From Okamejei kenojei (Eukaryota), in contig CM069133.1 of NCBI GenBank assembly GCA_035221665.1, forward strand, positions 35,464,001 through 35,528,000: a stretch of DNA of 64,000 bases, read 5' to 3'. Made by a program: the position numbers and the translations under genes. The notes under the pieces are model-generated. The model did not search any database. It saw only the letters and a list, made by a program, of their open reading frames with translations, and had not been told where the DNA came from. Positions within the stretch are counted from its first letter, which is position 1, and the number at the start of each line of letters is the position of its first letter. This document shows positions 37,312 through 50,480 of this stretch, piece after piece.

Positions 37312-37821
37312 NTTTATTTGCTGGATTATTGCGTTAATGTGCCCATAACATTGCAGCAAGTACGACATTCTTTGTTCCCTTCCTGGTGCGAATGACATAT
37401 AAACACTCCTGACTCCTGCCCATCCAGCCATTCTGCCCTTCATTTCCACTTCTGATACCCGCCCACTCCCGGTAACCATTCGGCTCACTATAAGACACCC
37501 AATGCCAATGACCAGCAGTTGGGCCGCAGCCTTTTACACCTTGGTAAATCATGTTAACGTGGACACCTCTGAAAGGTCGTGAGAGTACCTGTCTGCGGCA
37601 ATCTCTCCGGCAGAGGGAGTCTCGAGGGATAATGGGCTCGGCATCTGAATACAGCAGAAAATGCTGGATGGACAGGCAGCATTTGTGAAAGGAATGGATC
37701 GCCGTTTCGGGTCGGGACCCTTCTTCAGACGTATTATGGTATTACGGACGAGGAAACTGAATAAGTAAGGGTGGCGAGACAAACCCTGGCCAGCGACAGA
37801 TGAGTTCAGGTACGAGGATTT

Positions 37822-38814
37822 ATACATCAATGATTTGGATGAAGGGTTTCGAAGTAACATTAGCAAATTTGCAGATGACACAAAGCTGTGTGGCAGTGTG
37901 ATGTTGGAGGAGGATGCTATGAGAATGCAGGGGGACTTGGACAGGTTGGGGAAGTGGGCAGATGCATGGCAGATTAAGTTTAATGTGGAGAAATGTGAGG
38001 TTATCCACTTTGGTATAAAAAACAGGAAGGCAAATTACTATCTAAATGGCGTCAAGTTGGGAATAGAGGAAGTACATCGGGATCTGGAGGTCCTTGTTCA
38101 TCAGTTATATGAAAGTAAGCATGCATGTACAACAGGCAGTGAAGAAAGCGAATATCATGTTGGCCTTTATAACAAGAGGAGTTGAGTATAGGAGCAAATA
38201 GGCCCTTCTGCAGTTGTACAGGGCCCCTAATTTGCGGTGAGACCACACCTGGAGTATTGCGTGCAGTTTTGTTCCCCTAATTTGAAGAAGGACATTCTTG
38301 CTATTGAGGGAGTGCAGCGTGGGGTTACAAGGTTAATTCCCGGGATGGCGGGACTGTCATATGCTGATAGAATGGAGCGGCTGGGCTTGTACACTCTGGA
38401 GTTTAGAAGGATGAGATGGGATCTTATTGAAACATATAAGATTGTTAAGGGGTTGGACACGCTAGAGGCAGGAAACTTGTTCCCGATGTTGTGGGAATCC
38501 AGAACCAGGGGCCACAGTTTAAGAATAACGGGTAAGCCATTTAGAACGGAGACGAGAAAACACTTTTTCTCAAAGAGAGTTGTGAGCCTGTGGAATTCTC
38601 TGCATCAGAGGGTGGTGGAGGCCGGTTATCTGGATACTTTCAAGAGAGAGCTAGATAGGGCTCTGAAAGATAGCGGAGTCAGGGGATATGGGGAGAAGGT
38701 AGAAACGGGGTACTGATTGGGGATGATCAGCCATGATCACATTGACTGTCGGTGCTGGCACGAAGGGCCGAATGGCCTACTCCTGCACCTATTGTCCATT
38801 GTCTATTGTCTATT
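37822..38814 (+). mobile_element. 5'-truncated CR1-type LINE with 5-bp TSD (GATTT) and (TATTGTC)n tail
   Basis: ISKFADDTKL, RPHLEYCVQF and GYGEKVETGY*. GATTT at 37817-37821 and 38815-38819. Empty site in the paralog near 62800. Confidence 0.93.
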
Positions 38815-39645
38815 GATTTGTTCGGTACGTAGGTATAGATCAATTTCAAATATGGGTTAAATGCACGGGGGGAATGTACAGAGTAAAACGCTGCACTGCT
38901 AAGTACATTGACATGCAGAGATATCTTGTTAAGAAGCAAGTCCCCAGCCCTTTGAAAGCGGCAGGACATGGGCATAGCGTTGAGGAACGATTAAGACGTT
39001 TAGAATGGATGTGGTGGACTTCACGTGGAGACGTAAGAAACGGCAGATGCTGGAATCTGTTTCTCCCACGATCGCACCAGAGATGGAAACGAGACAAAAT
39101 GGTGTCGGCTGAAGAGAGAAAAGGAGTGAAGTGTAATGGATATCGATGGAAAGAGATGGGGCTTGGAAAGGGGAGCGGGATAGTTGAGGAAACAGATTCC
39201 AGCATCTGTCGTTTCTTACGATTCTTGCAATGTCTGCAAGTGAATGAAGTCCAGAACACCCATTCTAAACGTCTCAATCCTCCCTCAAATCTATGCCCAT
39301 GTCATCTGGGGGTGAAAATGTGCCGCCACTTTATGAGAGCTAAGGATTTGCATCCCAAGATCCCTCTGCAATTCAATGTCCTTAAGAGTTCTGCATTTAA
39401 CTATATATTTTCCACCCGTGTATTCAATCCCGTATTTGAAATTGATCTATATCCTGCTATATTCCCGTACAACCTTCCTCCTACCCACAACATTTCCAAT
39501 GTGTGTGTCATCTGCAAACTTATGAATCAGCCCACTGGACATTCAATCCAAACGCCGGGAGAACTGCACGAGTGGGGAAATATCAGGAAAGATAACGAAA
39601 AATCACAACAAAGACGAGGTAATCGTGTCCCCAGAAACCACTTCC

Positions 39646-39704
39646 TGTAACCCCGGACTGAGACAGAGAGCAGGACGGTGGAGCGAAACTCGGAGAGAGC
39701 GCAT
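39646..39704 (-). pseudogene. Orphan leader exon copy D (frameshift, donor lost)
   Basis: ATGCGCTCTCTCCGAGTTTCGCTCCACCGTCCTGCTCTCTGTCTCAGTCCGGGG is homologous to 11426-11486, with a 2-bp deletion. Confidence 0.75.
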
Positions 39705-41109
39705 CGCAAACACTTCAGTATGGTGTCCTCCTCATCCACTGCTGTTAACTTGTTGATACTGAAGTAGGTCAAGTATTTCATCATTTCGTATAAAATGAAA
39801 CACCGCGAGGGGTGCACTTGAGGATTGACAGGAAGGCATTTCCCTCTGAGTAATGTTGGCTGCGAGTCACCCTGCACAGAAACATGCTCCTCGGCCCAGC
39901 ACATGAATGGCTCTCATCGGATCTCCGTCTCGTTTAATCCCATTTACCAGCACTCAGTGACATTGGAGCAGATTTAGGCTATTTGGCCCATCGATCTATT
40001 TTTATCCTATCAACCCCATTTTCCTACCTTCTACCCGTAACCTTTGACGTCCACACAATTCAAATACCTATCCACCTCCTCTTTAAAAACACCCAATGAC
40101 GTCCTCCACAGCCGTCTGTGGCAATGGATTCCATAGGTTCGCCACCCTCTGGCTAAATAAATTCCTCTAAATACCTGGTTTCGTAACCTTCGGCGCCTTG
40201 GTAATTCTAGTGAGCACACTGCAGCGACTGCTTCCGGGTTGTGAGACTGCTCGTCTACACCACCCCCACAGTTAGTGCACTCCAATTTCCAAATACACTC
40301 CAAGTGATTGGTGCTCTCTTGATATCCTCCAAGCGCCTTACTCCTCAACTTAAAACCACGACGTCTACTTGGCAAAAAATGTTCCTATCCTTTACCCTCT
40401 CCATGACCTGACTAATATCGTCTACCTATAGCTTCACCCCCCCCCGGAATGGAGGGACAACCATATGATGAAAGAATGGGTCGACCGGGCTTGCATTCAC
40501 TGGAATTTGGAAGGAATATGGCCCAGTTATCCCTATCAAGAGCAATCCTGATGAACACACCACTCCGAACCACAGCATTATAAAGTCGGTGAGTGTAACG
40601 GAAGCTGCTGGGCAGAGTGTGGATGAAGGAGTTGTTTACAAGTGTAATAGTCCACTTGTGCGGATGTGGTCAGACTGGCCCAGGAAGTTGCAAACAACAC
40701 TTCTGATGGGGCCTCGTGCTGGTGAAGCAAGATATATGTAGTGGGGGACAACCTCCTTGAGAGAAAGTTTCCACTCTTTCCTTGTGCTTCTCAGGTATTC
40801 AATCCTACATGTGACCCATTTCCTGTTCAATGTTTGTTTGTCGACAGCTAGGTTAACCCGAATGCTATGGGCACAAGGATTTGTGTTTATTCAAACATCA
40901 TTTACAGCAGCTGCGTCATTTAATGTATTTTTTTAGTATCGTTTTGTTTGGATTAGAAATACGGCAATAGAAAAGGATTCTCGGCCCACCGAATCCATGC
41001 CGACCAGCGATCACCCATATACTAGTTCTATCCTACATTCTAGGGACAATTTACAGAAGCGAATCAATCTACAAACCCGCAAGCCTCTGGAATGTGGGAG
41101 GAGGAACTC

Positions 41110-43045
41110 GACCACAAGATGATACATTTTAATCTGCAATTTGAGAGGGAGAAGGCGTAATCGGATGTGTCAGTAATGGAGCTGTGCAAAGGGGTCTACA
41201 GAGGTATGAGGGATGAGCTGGCCAAAGTTCACTGGAAAGGACCACAGCAGGGATGGTGGTGGAATAGCAATGGCAGGAATTTCTGGTAATAATCCGGAGG
41301 ATCTTTTTATTCCAAAGAGAAAGAAAGATTCTAGGGCAACAAAGAGGCGACCATGGCTGATAAGGGAAGTCAAGGACAGAATAAAACTAAAAGAGAATGC
41401 GTATTATATAGCAAAGATTAGTAGTAAGCCAGGGGATTGGGATGCTTTTAAAGAACAACATAAGGTAATTAAAAAGGCAATATGGGAAGAAAAGATGAAA
41501 CACGAAGGAAAGCTAGCCAATAATAATAAAACATAGGATAGCAAGGTTTTTTTTCAGTTATGTAAAGAGTAACAAAGGCAAGATGGAAGTTTTGCGGCTG
41601 GAGAATGATGCAGGAGATGTTAAAATGGGGAATAAAGAAATGGCAGGGGAGTTGAATAACTTTTTTGTATCAGTCTTCACAGTGGAGGACACCAGCAACG
41701 TGCCTGAAATTCAAGAGCGTCAGGGGTTGGAAGTCATTATTCGGGAGAAGATGCTTGGGAAGCTGAAAGGGCTGAAGGTGGATAGGTCACCTGGACCAGG
41801 TTGACTGCACTCTAGGGGTCTGAAAGAGGTGGCTTTATAGATTGTGGACGCATTGACAATGATATTTCCAGAATCCCTAGAGACAGAAGAGGTCCCGGAT
41901 GATTGGAAAAATGCCAATATTAGCCCGCTGCGCAAGAGGGAGCAAATCAGAATAGTGGGGACAATAGGCCGTTAGTCAGTTATTAACCTGGATAACAGGT
42001 TGGCTGGATGGCAGAAGATGAAGAGTGGCAATGAAGGTGCCTTTTTGTGGTTGGCTGCCAGTGACTAGCAGAGTTCCACAGGAGTCGATGCAGGAGCTGC
42101 TACTCTTCACGTTATATATTCAATTATTTGGACGAAGGGTTTGAAGGGTTTGTGGCCAGGTTTGTGGATGATACGAAAATATGTGGAAGAGTAGGTAGTG
42201 TAGATAATTTAGGGACTCCGCAGAAGGACCTGGACAGGTTGGGGGAGTTGGCAGAGAAGTGGCAGATGGAATACCGCGTATCAAATTGTGGAGTCAAGCA
42301 TTTTGGTAGTAAGAATAAAAGCGTAGACTATTTACTAAATGGGGAAAGAATCCAAAAACTGCAGGATTCCCAAAAAGTTAATCTGCAAGTAGAATCGGTA
42401 GTAAAGAAAGCAAACTCAACGCTCACATTTTTTTTCAGGAGAGCTTGTATACAAAAATAGGGATGTAATGCCGAGGCTCTATAAGGCGCTGGTAAGGCCG
42501 TATTTGGAATATTGTGAATAATTTTGGTCCCCATATCTGAGGAAGGATGTGCTGGCTCGGGAGAATGTAATGAGGAGGTTTACAAGCATGAACCCAGAAA
42601 TGAGCATGTTTGATGAGCGTTTGACGGCACTGGGCCTGTACCTGCAGGAGATTAGAAGAATGATGGGGGACCTAATTGAAACTGTATGTAATAGTGAAAG
42701 GCTTGGATAGAGTGGATGTGGAGAGGGTGTTTTCACTAGCGGGAGAGTCTAGGATTAGAGGTCATAGCATCATAAATGAAGGACGTTCTTTTAGGAATGA
42801 AATGGGGAGAAATGTCTTTATTCAGAAGGTGGTGAGTGTGTGACTCTTTTCCCCAGAAGGCTGTAGAGGATAAGTCAGTGGATGTTTTTAAGGCAGAGAT
42901 GGATTGATTCTTGAACAGTATAGGTGTCAGAGGTTTTGGGGAAAGGCGGGAGAATGGGATTAGGAGAGAGATATATCAGCCATGGCGGAGTAGGCTTGAT
43001 GGGCCGAATGGCCTAATTCTCCTCCTATCACTTATAACCTTATGA
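41110..43045 (+). mobile_element. Degraded CR1-type LINE with internal deletions
   Basis: PWLIREVKDRIKLKE, LKGLKVDRSPGP and RFVDDTKI, with 3' UTR. Confidence 0.88.
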
Positions 43046-43489
43046 CTTTATGAAACTGGAGCACACGGAGACAGCCACACGATCACAAGGAGTGCAACAA
43101 TATCCGTACAGGCAGTACCCGTGGTCACGATCAAACCCAGATATCGGGTGTTGTAAGGCAAAACATCTACCGTTACGTCACTGTACCGCCCATGTTCATT
43201 TAGTTGTGTCCCATCGTCTCATTAATCCAAGAACATTGTTCCCTTCTCTAGTTCGCCGGCGAGCCATGTTTATGAAGGCTACGTTCAATCAGTGATGGGA
43301 TTGATCTTGCTGCAGGCAGAGTTCCGGACGTTCCTCTTCTTGTAAGAGAGCGTCAGGCCAATGCTCTCCTCAATTACCTCCACCGTTCCTGGGTGATCTC
43401 CGATCTGCGCCACGTGGTATATTTCCCATTCGGCTGGAATCGGTGAGAGCGAACTAGAGAATTGTGAGTCGGCGAAATGCTCTGCCTCA

Positions 43490-43695
43490 GAGGGAGCTGG
43501 AGGCTGGTTATCTGGATGCTTTCAAGAGAGAGCTAGACAGAGCTTTTAAAGGGAGCAGAGTCAAGGGAAATGGGGAGAAGGCAGTAACGGGGTACTGATT
43601 GTGGATGCTCAGTCATGATCACATTGAATGGCGGTGCTGGCACGAGGGGGCCGAATGGCTTACTCCTGTACTTATTGTCTAATGTCTATTGTCTA
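43490..43695 (+). mobile_element. CR1 3' end
   Basis: Similar to 38610-38814. Confidence 0.85.
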
Positions 43696-44417
43696 TCTCC
43701 AAATAAAGGAAACCAATAAATGTTAGGTAAGTGAATTTAACAACCATTTTAGTCATGTTGTTATCTTTTCAATCTAAACGAATTAATTGATTACAAATGC
43801 TTCAGATTAACAATAGCGCGACCTAAATTTCCTTATCGCCTTCGTATGACTCGCCTCTATTCCCCCCACACCGCCACCCCCCCCCCCACCTTCCCCTCCC
43901 AAGCTATTCCTTTGCTGGAATATTTAGTATACAACCAAGGAACATCTAAGAAAATATATTAAACACGCTGGTGCAATTGATTCGTCTTGAAGATATGATA
44001 GTGCCGCACCAAGGCACCGACCGATTACAGGAGTTTTATTCGGGTGGAAACCGGCCCAGCGAGTCCGTGCTGACCAGCTTTCATCCATACACTAGTTCTA
44101 TCCTACACACGACGGACAATTTACAGAAACCTCAGGGTGGGGGTGGAAATCGAAGAACCCGGAGGAAACCCACGCGTTCACAGGGGGGGGGGTCAAAACT
44201 CCACACGGGGAATACCGGTAGTCGAGATCGTACCGGATCTCTGGCGCTGCGAGGCATCAACTGTCCTATTGCTACACATTATTGGCGATATTTGCCCGAG
44301 GGAACCGGAAGCCCTCAATTACTTTCAACGGCTCACGCAGCTTCTCTGGACGACCTGGGTAGCTGACATTTCGGGTCGGAAATCTTCCGCTCCTTTCTCT
44401 TGCTCATATTGAAGGGT

Positions 44418-44472
<55 letters not shown>
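44418..44472. repeat. Poly-G run
   Basis: More than 50 consecutive G; possibly an artefact. Confidence 0.9.
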
Positions 44473-44473
<1 letters not shown>

Positions 44474-44784
44474 GTCTACTACGCTCCCTATCTCCATCCT
44501 GTACATCATCTCATCATTGATTGACCGTCCTACTAGAATGGTGTCATCTCAAAACTGGTAGATGAAATAGAGCAGAGTTTGTCCGCACAACCGCGACTAT
44601 CTGGAGAATAGTAGGGGACTGCGAATACATCCTTGCGGGACACCTGTGTTGAGAGTTATTGTGGAGGTTGTTTTGTCGCCTATCTTCGTTGCTTGTGGTC
44701 CACGGGTCAGAACGTGGAAGTTCCAGTGACAGAGGGGGAACTGTCACTGGACCCCAACTTCAGAAGTTTGAAGAAGAGTTTGGG

Positions 44785-45000
44785 GCGGCACAGTGGTGCA
44801 ACACTGGAGTTGCTGCCTTACAGCGCCAGAGACCCATGTTCAATCCTGTCTTTGCATGCTGTCAGTACGGTGTTTGTATGTTCTCCCTGTGACCGCGTGG
44901 GTTTCCTCCGATGTGCAGGATAGTGCTAATACCGGGTTCACTGGTCGGCGGCGACGCGGTGGGCCGCAGGGTCTGTTTCCACGCGATATCTCTGAAGCAT
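44785..45000 (+). mobile_element. V-SINE (HE1-like), internally deleted
   Basis: ggcacagtggtgcaac...gttgctgccttacagcgccagagacc..gttcaatcct..gttctccctgtgaccgcgtgggtttcctcc. Confidence 0.8.
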
Positions 45001-46722
45001 AAGGTCTGGTTGGGACAGGTACATGGATTTACACGGGATTAGTGATTTGAGTTTGATTGGAATTTGCTTTGTTAGTTTGTGGGTCAACGTTTGTTAACAC
45101 ACCAAGACCCACATTTTCGTAATATCTGATAAACGGAGGCTCCGGGTTTGTGTGTTCCTTTGAACGCTCCCTTTAAACACTAAGGATCCGTATTCCCATA
45201 GTACCTGATCAGCCTGGGAAACACAAACTACAAAGATTGAGAGACTTATGGGTCAATGGGTAAAAAAGATTTAGAAGGATAATGGGTCAAACGCAGGCAA
45301 ATGGGTCCAAATTAGGTGGGGCATCTAGGGCAACATCAACGAGTGGGGCCGAAAGGCCTGTTTGCATGTTCTATGACTCTAAAAGAAGGCACCAACTTGT
45401 CAAATTGAGCTCCATTCTGTGCTGTTCTGCCTGTGACCGGGAGGATTTTCTCCAGGTGCCCCGGTTTCTACCCACATCCCAAGACCGTGCGGGTCTGTAG
45501 ACCAATTGGCCTTTGTCTATTTTACCTAGTGTACAGGGAGTGGACGAGTTGGGATAACATAGGACTCGTGTGACCGGGTTATCTATGGTGGATGTGGATT
45601 CTGTGAACCGAAGGAGTTTCCATGCTATATCACTAAACTAAGATCAAGTACTGCGGTGATTGGCCGGAGAATGGCGGGGAGTGGACAGAGAGAGATTTGT
45701 GCAAGATAACAGGTAACAAAGAAACAGAACTGGAGATGAGTCAAATGTTCGGTGTGGCCATGGACCCAATGGGCCGAATGGTCCTTTGGCAATGTTACAA
45801 GCATTTCAGAACGCCATTGAATTGAAAGAAAACCTCCAATTAAAGCAAACCAAATAATGATTGTATAGCTGAATTTAATGACCATTTTACACGCTGATCC
45901 ATTTTGTTCTTCCATTCAAATATATTGAGAAATTTGTACATATACAAAATTAAGCATACTGAATTCAAAATTAAAGTTATGTTCTCTATGCAATGCATAC
46001 GTGAATTTAATTAGCATTTTCGATTTATAGCTCATCCATTAAAATTTACTTCGACGTTTGTAGATATTTTAAATAAAGTAAACTGCATTAAAAATATGGC
46101 TGTGTTTCCTGTGTGCTAAATGCATCATTTGAGTTTTATAAGCAGAGCATTTCGAAGAAATGTCTAGAAAAAAGTTAATCAGGATACAGTGGTTGGCACA
46201 GCAGGAGGGTTTGGGCATGCTTCTGGAGTCAACGTCTCAGAGAATTGTACAGAAGAAATTGAGCCTTCAGACACACATGTCGATATGAACATCTTTGTCT
46301 GTGTACATGAATCCCGTTTGCCCAATTAGATCCATATCCTTCCGACTTGTAATAAGGGGGATCTACTGATGCCGGTGTTTACAAAAGATAGACACGATGT
46401 GCTTGCGTAACTCAGCGGACCCATTCAGCAACTCTGTCGGACATGGATAGGTGACGCTTCGTGCCCGGTCCCCTTCTAACCAACTGAGAAATTGCAGCAC
46501 TTTGTCTATCCTTTCAACCTTTCCCTAATTAAATGCCTGTTCATGCGTCTAAACGTCCATCGTACATGTTGGTGTACCTCGTCTTGACCCCTTTGTTTCC
46601 TGGCATATTCCAGATATCAAACCCTCTCAGTGTACATAACTTTCCCTTTGAAGTTGAAGTACTGCATTTTATTATATTACACACAGATTAAAAGCGAGTC
46701 GGAGAATTAATATGATTGACAC

Positions 46723-46852
46723 CCAAAGGTCGACAAAATCAGCCAGACCGCAAAAGCAGGTGGGATCGGCGAACTTCATTGAGAGGCAGGTTATATTGCA
46801 GTCGGAAAACTGGTCTGCTCAGCTTCCTCGGGTGGATCAGTCTCCACGCTCG
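46723..46852 (-). pseudogene. Possible degenerate stalk/transmembrane exon of gene C
   Basis: Acceptor tcttgttgtgtccgcag|. Phase-1 read SVETDPPEEAEQTSFPTAI*, then hydrophobic IPPAFAVWLILSTF. In-frame stops present. Confidence 0.3.
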
Positions 46853-47409
46853 CTGCGGACACAACAAGACCAATTAAAACAAGCCTCGGTAATTTGTACC
46901 ACAAGACCATTTCTGGCATCTCCATTCACAGCCGTCATTTAAATCTGTGAAGAGATTCGGACGGAGATTTGAACTGAATTCTCCAGAGCAGAGACGTTAT
47001 TGTAAATGTCAGCGTTTGACAACTAAATTTGAGGTGGACTTCAATATGCGAAACAGGTGATTAACTTAACAGGGGACACGTATATTGGTCGTTGTGTTGA
47101 CAGTGAGGAGGATTGCCTGACCTGCAGCAAGGTATTGGTATTAGTATCGTCACCTGGACACAGATACGAGGAAAAAAACGTTGTTTCGTGTGTCATCCAG
47201 ACAAATTATTCCATAGACCCAAACCGTGCAGAATATAGTCTGACAGAGAAAGGGCAGAGGGCAAGAGCTCCATCAACGTAGACTGGAGGATCGGGAATAC
47301 ATTCTTATCTTTTGAGGGATTTCTCAAAGCGTCTGAGCGGGTAAGAAACGGTTCTTCCATCTGTAGGTACATGATGTACCTGAACCATGTGTTTCCAACG
47401 AGACAGGGG

Positions 47410-47635
47410 TACCACCGTTGCGTAGTTGTTGAGATGCTGCTCTGCAGCCCAGAGTCCCTGGTTCGATCCTGATTACGGGTGGTGTCTGTGCGCATTTTCC
47501 ACGTACTCCCCGTGGCCGCATGGTTTTTGTTCCTCCCATATCCCAAAGACGTGCGCGTTTGTAGGATAATTGTCCTCTGCAAACGCCCCTCTAGTGCAGG
47601 ATAGAACTAGTGCATGGATGATCGATGGTTGGCGC
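47410..47635 (+). mobile_element. V-SINE (HE1-like)
   Basis: B-box ggttcgatcct and SINE body. Confidence 0.7.
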
Positions 47636-49141
47636 GGCCTAGAAAGCCTCACATTTTTCTATCACACCCCAAAGGCCATTGCGTTTATATTCCAGGCATA
47701 AAAACGCAATATTACATACCTGAGTTTGTCACGGTAGAAGATAACACACATCACTGAAAGGAAAAGGGTTTTCAATCCTAGAGGGATCTACAGGATCAGA
47801 ACCATGTAACTGTGTGATTGAGGAGAGAGTGAGAGAGGTCAGAGTGGTCACTGGGAAAGGGGAGCGATCGACAATGTACAAATGGTGTTTGCTTATCTAA
47901 GATCACCTCTCATTCTCCACACTCTGGAGAATATAGGTCTAATCTGCTCGAGGAAATAACAGACTGCTGACAGCGCTCAGGAAGTCAGGCAACTCTAGAA
48001 GGAAATCCAAATATGCCGTTTTGTCCAGTTTTGAGGCAAGGTCTCGATATGAATTGTCATTCGCCAATTTCCTTCCAGACATGCTACCTGGCCTATCGAG
48101 TTCCTCCAGTAGCTTTTTTCCTGCTCAATGTCCCTGTCTCCGGTCCACTCAATGTCCCCTCAATGATCTACTCAATGATCTTCAATCAACCTGCCCTTCC
48201 GGGAAACAGTGACGGAAACTTTACCGTACTCGCTCCCCACTAATCGTGGCTTTATTGTAGTTAAGAAGAGCAAAGTCCGACCAAGTACTGCTGGCGAGGT
48301 CTCACTAGATCCTTACATAACTGCGGTGAAATATCTCAAGCCTTGAATATAAATCCTCTCTGGATAAAACCTGAACAACTATTGCCTTTCTCGACCCTTC
48401 CACACCAGAACCACCCTTGATTGTCATGAGAACAAGCACACTCGGGTCCTTTTGAACATCCACAGCACCCAATCTCTCACAATTTAATAAACACTGTTTT
48501 TTATGTTCATTCAACCGTGTGGATAATTTGCCACATTTTATTCCACATTATGCTCCCACCCGCTTAATCAGCTTGTCCACCTTCCCCGAATCTCCGCGTC
48601 CTCCTGCCCTCTCACAGTCCCGCGGCATCACCATCATCGTCAGACCTGACAATTCCCCCCCCCCCCCCCCCCCCCTCCCCACCTTCAATCAACTCACTGA
48701 TGCAGATTATGAATAGCTGAGACCAAGAACCAATCTCTGAAGTACCTCGCCAGCCGCATACTCTCAACATGACAGAGATCCAGATATTTCATTATACATT
48801 CTGCTCGACAACTGCTTCACGATCCCCGGCAGTGCGTTGACTTAATGCCGCCTTTTCGCATCTGGTTCCCCAAACTCCTGGCTGGGACCCAACCTAGATC
48901 CTTCTGAGAATCCATACGTATCACAGCACCCTGTTTCCTCTTAGGCATTCAACTCCTCACCTCGCCAAAGGACTCCAATAGATTGATCAGCTATGGTTGA
49001 CTTTTCTCTGGAGTTGTATCTGACCCTCCTGATGCGAGGCTGCGCCCACTGAGTCCTGAGAGACAGGGTTTCCTGTGCCTGCTCTCCTCCCTCCCTCTGC
49101 ACCTCCGTTTTACACGGCAGAATGTGGCGATGGTTTCTTAC

Positions 49142-49573
49142 CTGGTGTGACCCGCAGCGGGTACTCACACTGGTACTGATGGGTGTACGGGGGGGGGGGG
49201 GGGGGGGGGGGGGGGGGTGTACGCTGTTCCTCAACTTTTCGTGGATGTACTTTCTCGGATCGTAGTTTTCCCGGTTTGCTGATCTCCACCAGACACAGGT
49301 AGCCGTGACTGTCCTCCACACTCAGCTGCCTTATCCTGGTTGAGGCGTTTCCAAGCTTTGGGTCCCCGACCAGCTCGAACCGAGTTGTTCCGTTCACCGC
49401 CGCCCAGGATCCATCAGCTTGGGGTCTGAACGTGACGATGTGTCGGTAGGGATCCTTCCTCATCCATGTGACCGTGAGGACGCTGCGGTGATACTGTGAT
49501 TGCCGATACACACATGGTAACGTGGCCGAAGCCCACTCAGTCCCAGTCACCACTGAGACATTCCAGTCGGGAT
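49142..49573 (-). CDS. V2 exon of gene C: Ig V-set domain, open frame with poly-Pro in the FG loop
   Basis: Acceptor tttcctcag| and donor G|GTAAGA; 432 nt, phase 1-1. SATLPCVY...VTWMRKDPY...RFELVGDPKLGNASTRIRQLSVEDSHGYLCLVE...PLRVTP. Confidence 0.85.
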
Positions 49574-49999
49574 CTGAGGAAAGGACAGACACCGGAACGT
49601 ATCAGCGCTCTGTGGGTGAATCATCTTGAACCGACCTCTCCCTGTGGGAGTAGGTGGAGTCGGTGCCCAGTGTGGAGCTGACAGTGACGGTCCCAGGGAA
49701 GGTTGGTCAGAGGGCGCAGGGGACAGGACGCATTCAAGGATCTGGTCGCCGCTGAAGGCTCGGCTCTCGCTCGGCGCTGCTCTGAGCGACAGCGAACCCG
49801 CGCCTACCCGGATCCCAACATTGTTTTCCACGGGGAATATTCAATGTGTGAAGCGGTGAAGTCCACACCGAGAGGGAGACCCGCCCACACGAGGTTGGGC
49901 ACCGGGCACCTCCTTTACCACTGGACACCTCGCTTTCCATTGTTAGTTGGAGAACAAATCCAACAAGGGGAACACTAAGGAATTTGATTTGTAAATTAG

Positions 50000-50480
50000 G
50001 CAATGTATTAGCCAATAGAAGCAAGGCTGCTCTGGGAGAGCGGCAGTGAGGGAACGGCCTTGTGAGTAAAGTGTGAGTCTTTGGCTCGAGAGTCTTCAGC
50101 GAGGGGGCTGAGGAGAGGAGACTACCCAAAAAGCTGGAGGTGACGAGACGCGGTGAACGCATGAAGGGGAAGATGAGACAGTGTGATGCTTGCAGAATGT
50201 GTGAGCCCGGAGACACCGATGGAGCCTCTAGCTGCTACAACTGTGGCAAGTGCATCCAGGTTCAGCTCCTGAAGGACCGTGTTGGGGCACTGGAGAAGCA
50301 GCTGGATGACATCTGGGCCATCCGGGACCTACCGTGAGGTGGTTACGTAGAGTATACGGGAAGAACGAAGGTGTGCGACCGAGAGAAAGGGTGGTAACCG
50401 GAGTGCAGGAGACCCAGGTGGCTGTGCCTAATGAAAACAGGTAAGCCCCCTTGGGAACTGTCGTGGGAGACGACACTTCC
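50000..50480 (+). mobile_element. CR1-type LINE 5' end / ORF1 fragment (zinc finger plus leucine zipper)
   Basis: MRQCDACRMCE...YNCGKCIQVQLLKDRVGALEKQLDDI: CxxC...CxxC followed by heptad leucines. Confidence 0.75.

Larger units (their letters stand above)
34068..39995. repeat. Segmental duplication copy 1 (paralog of 59940-64000), with extra insertions
   Basis: Collinear similarity from gagacgtatta.gaatacag through the leader exon and promoter. Confidence 0.92.

Noticed and set aside
38874-39650. 258-aa plus-strand ORF
   Set aside because: No recognisable domain; it spans an inverted repeat and is not kept open in the paralog.
40500-40830. Terminal cytoplasmic exon with ITIM
   Set aside because: An acceptor-like AG exists, but no frame gives a convincing tyrosine motif and there is no paralog in the window.
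44418-44472. Functional G-quadruplex or poly-Gly/Pro coding run
   Set aside because: Pure G/C runs are frequent here and often lie next to gaps, so their length is unreliable.
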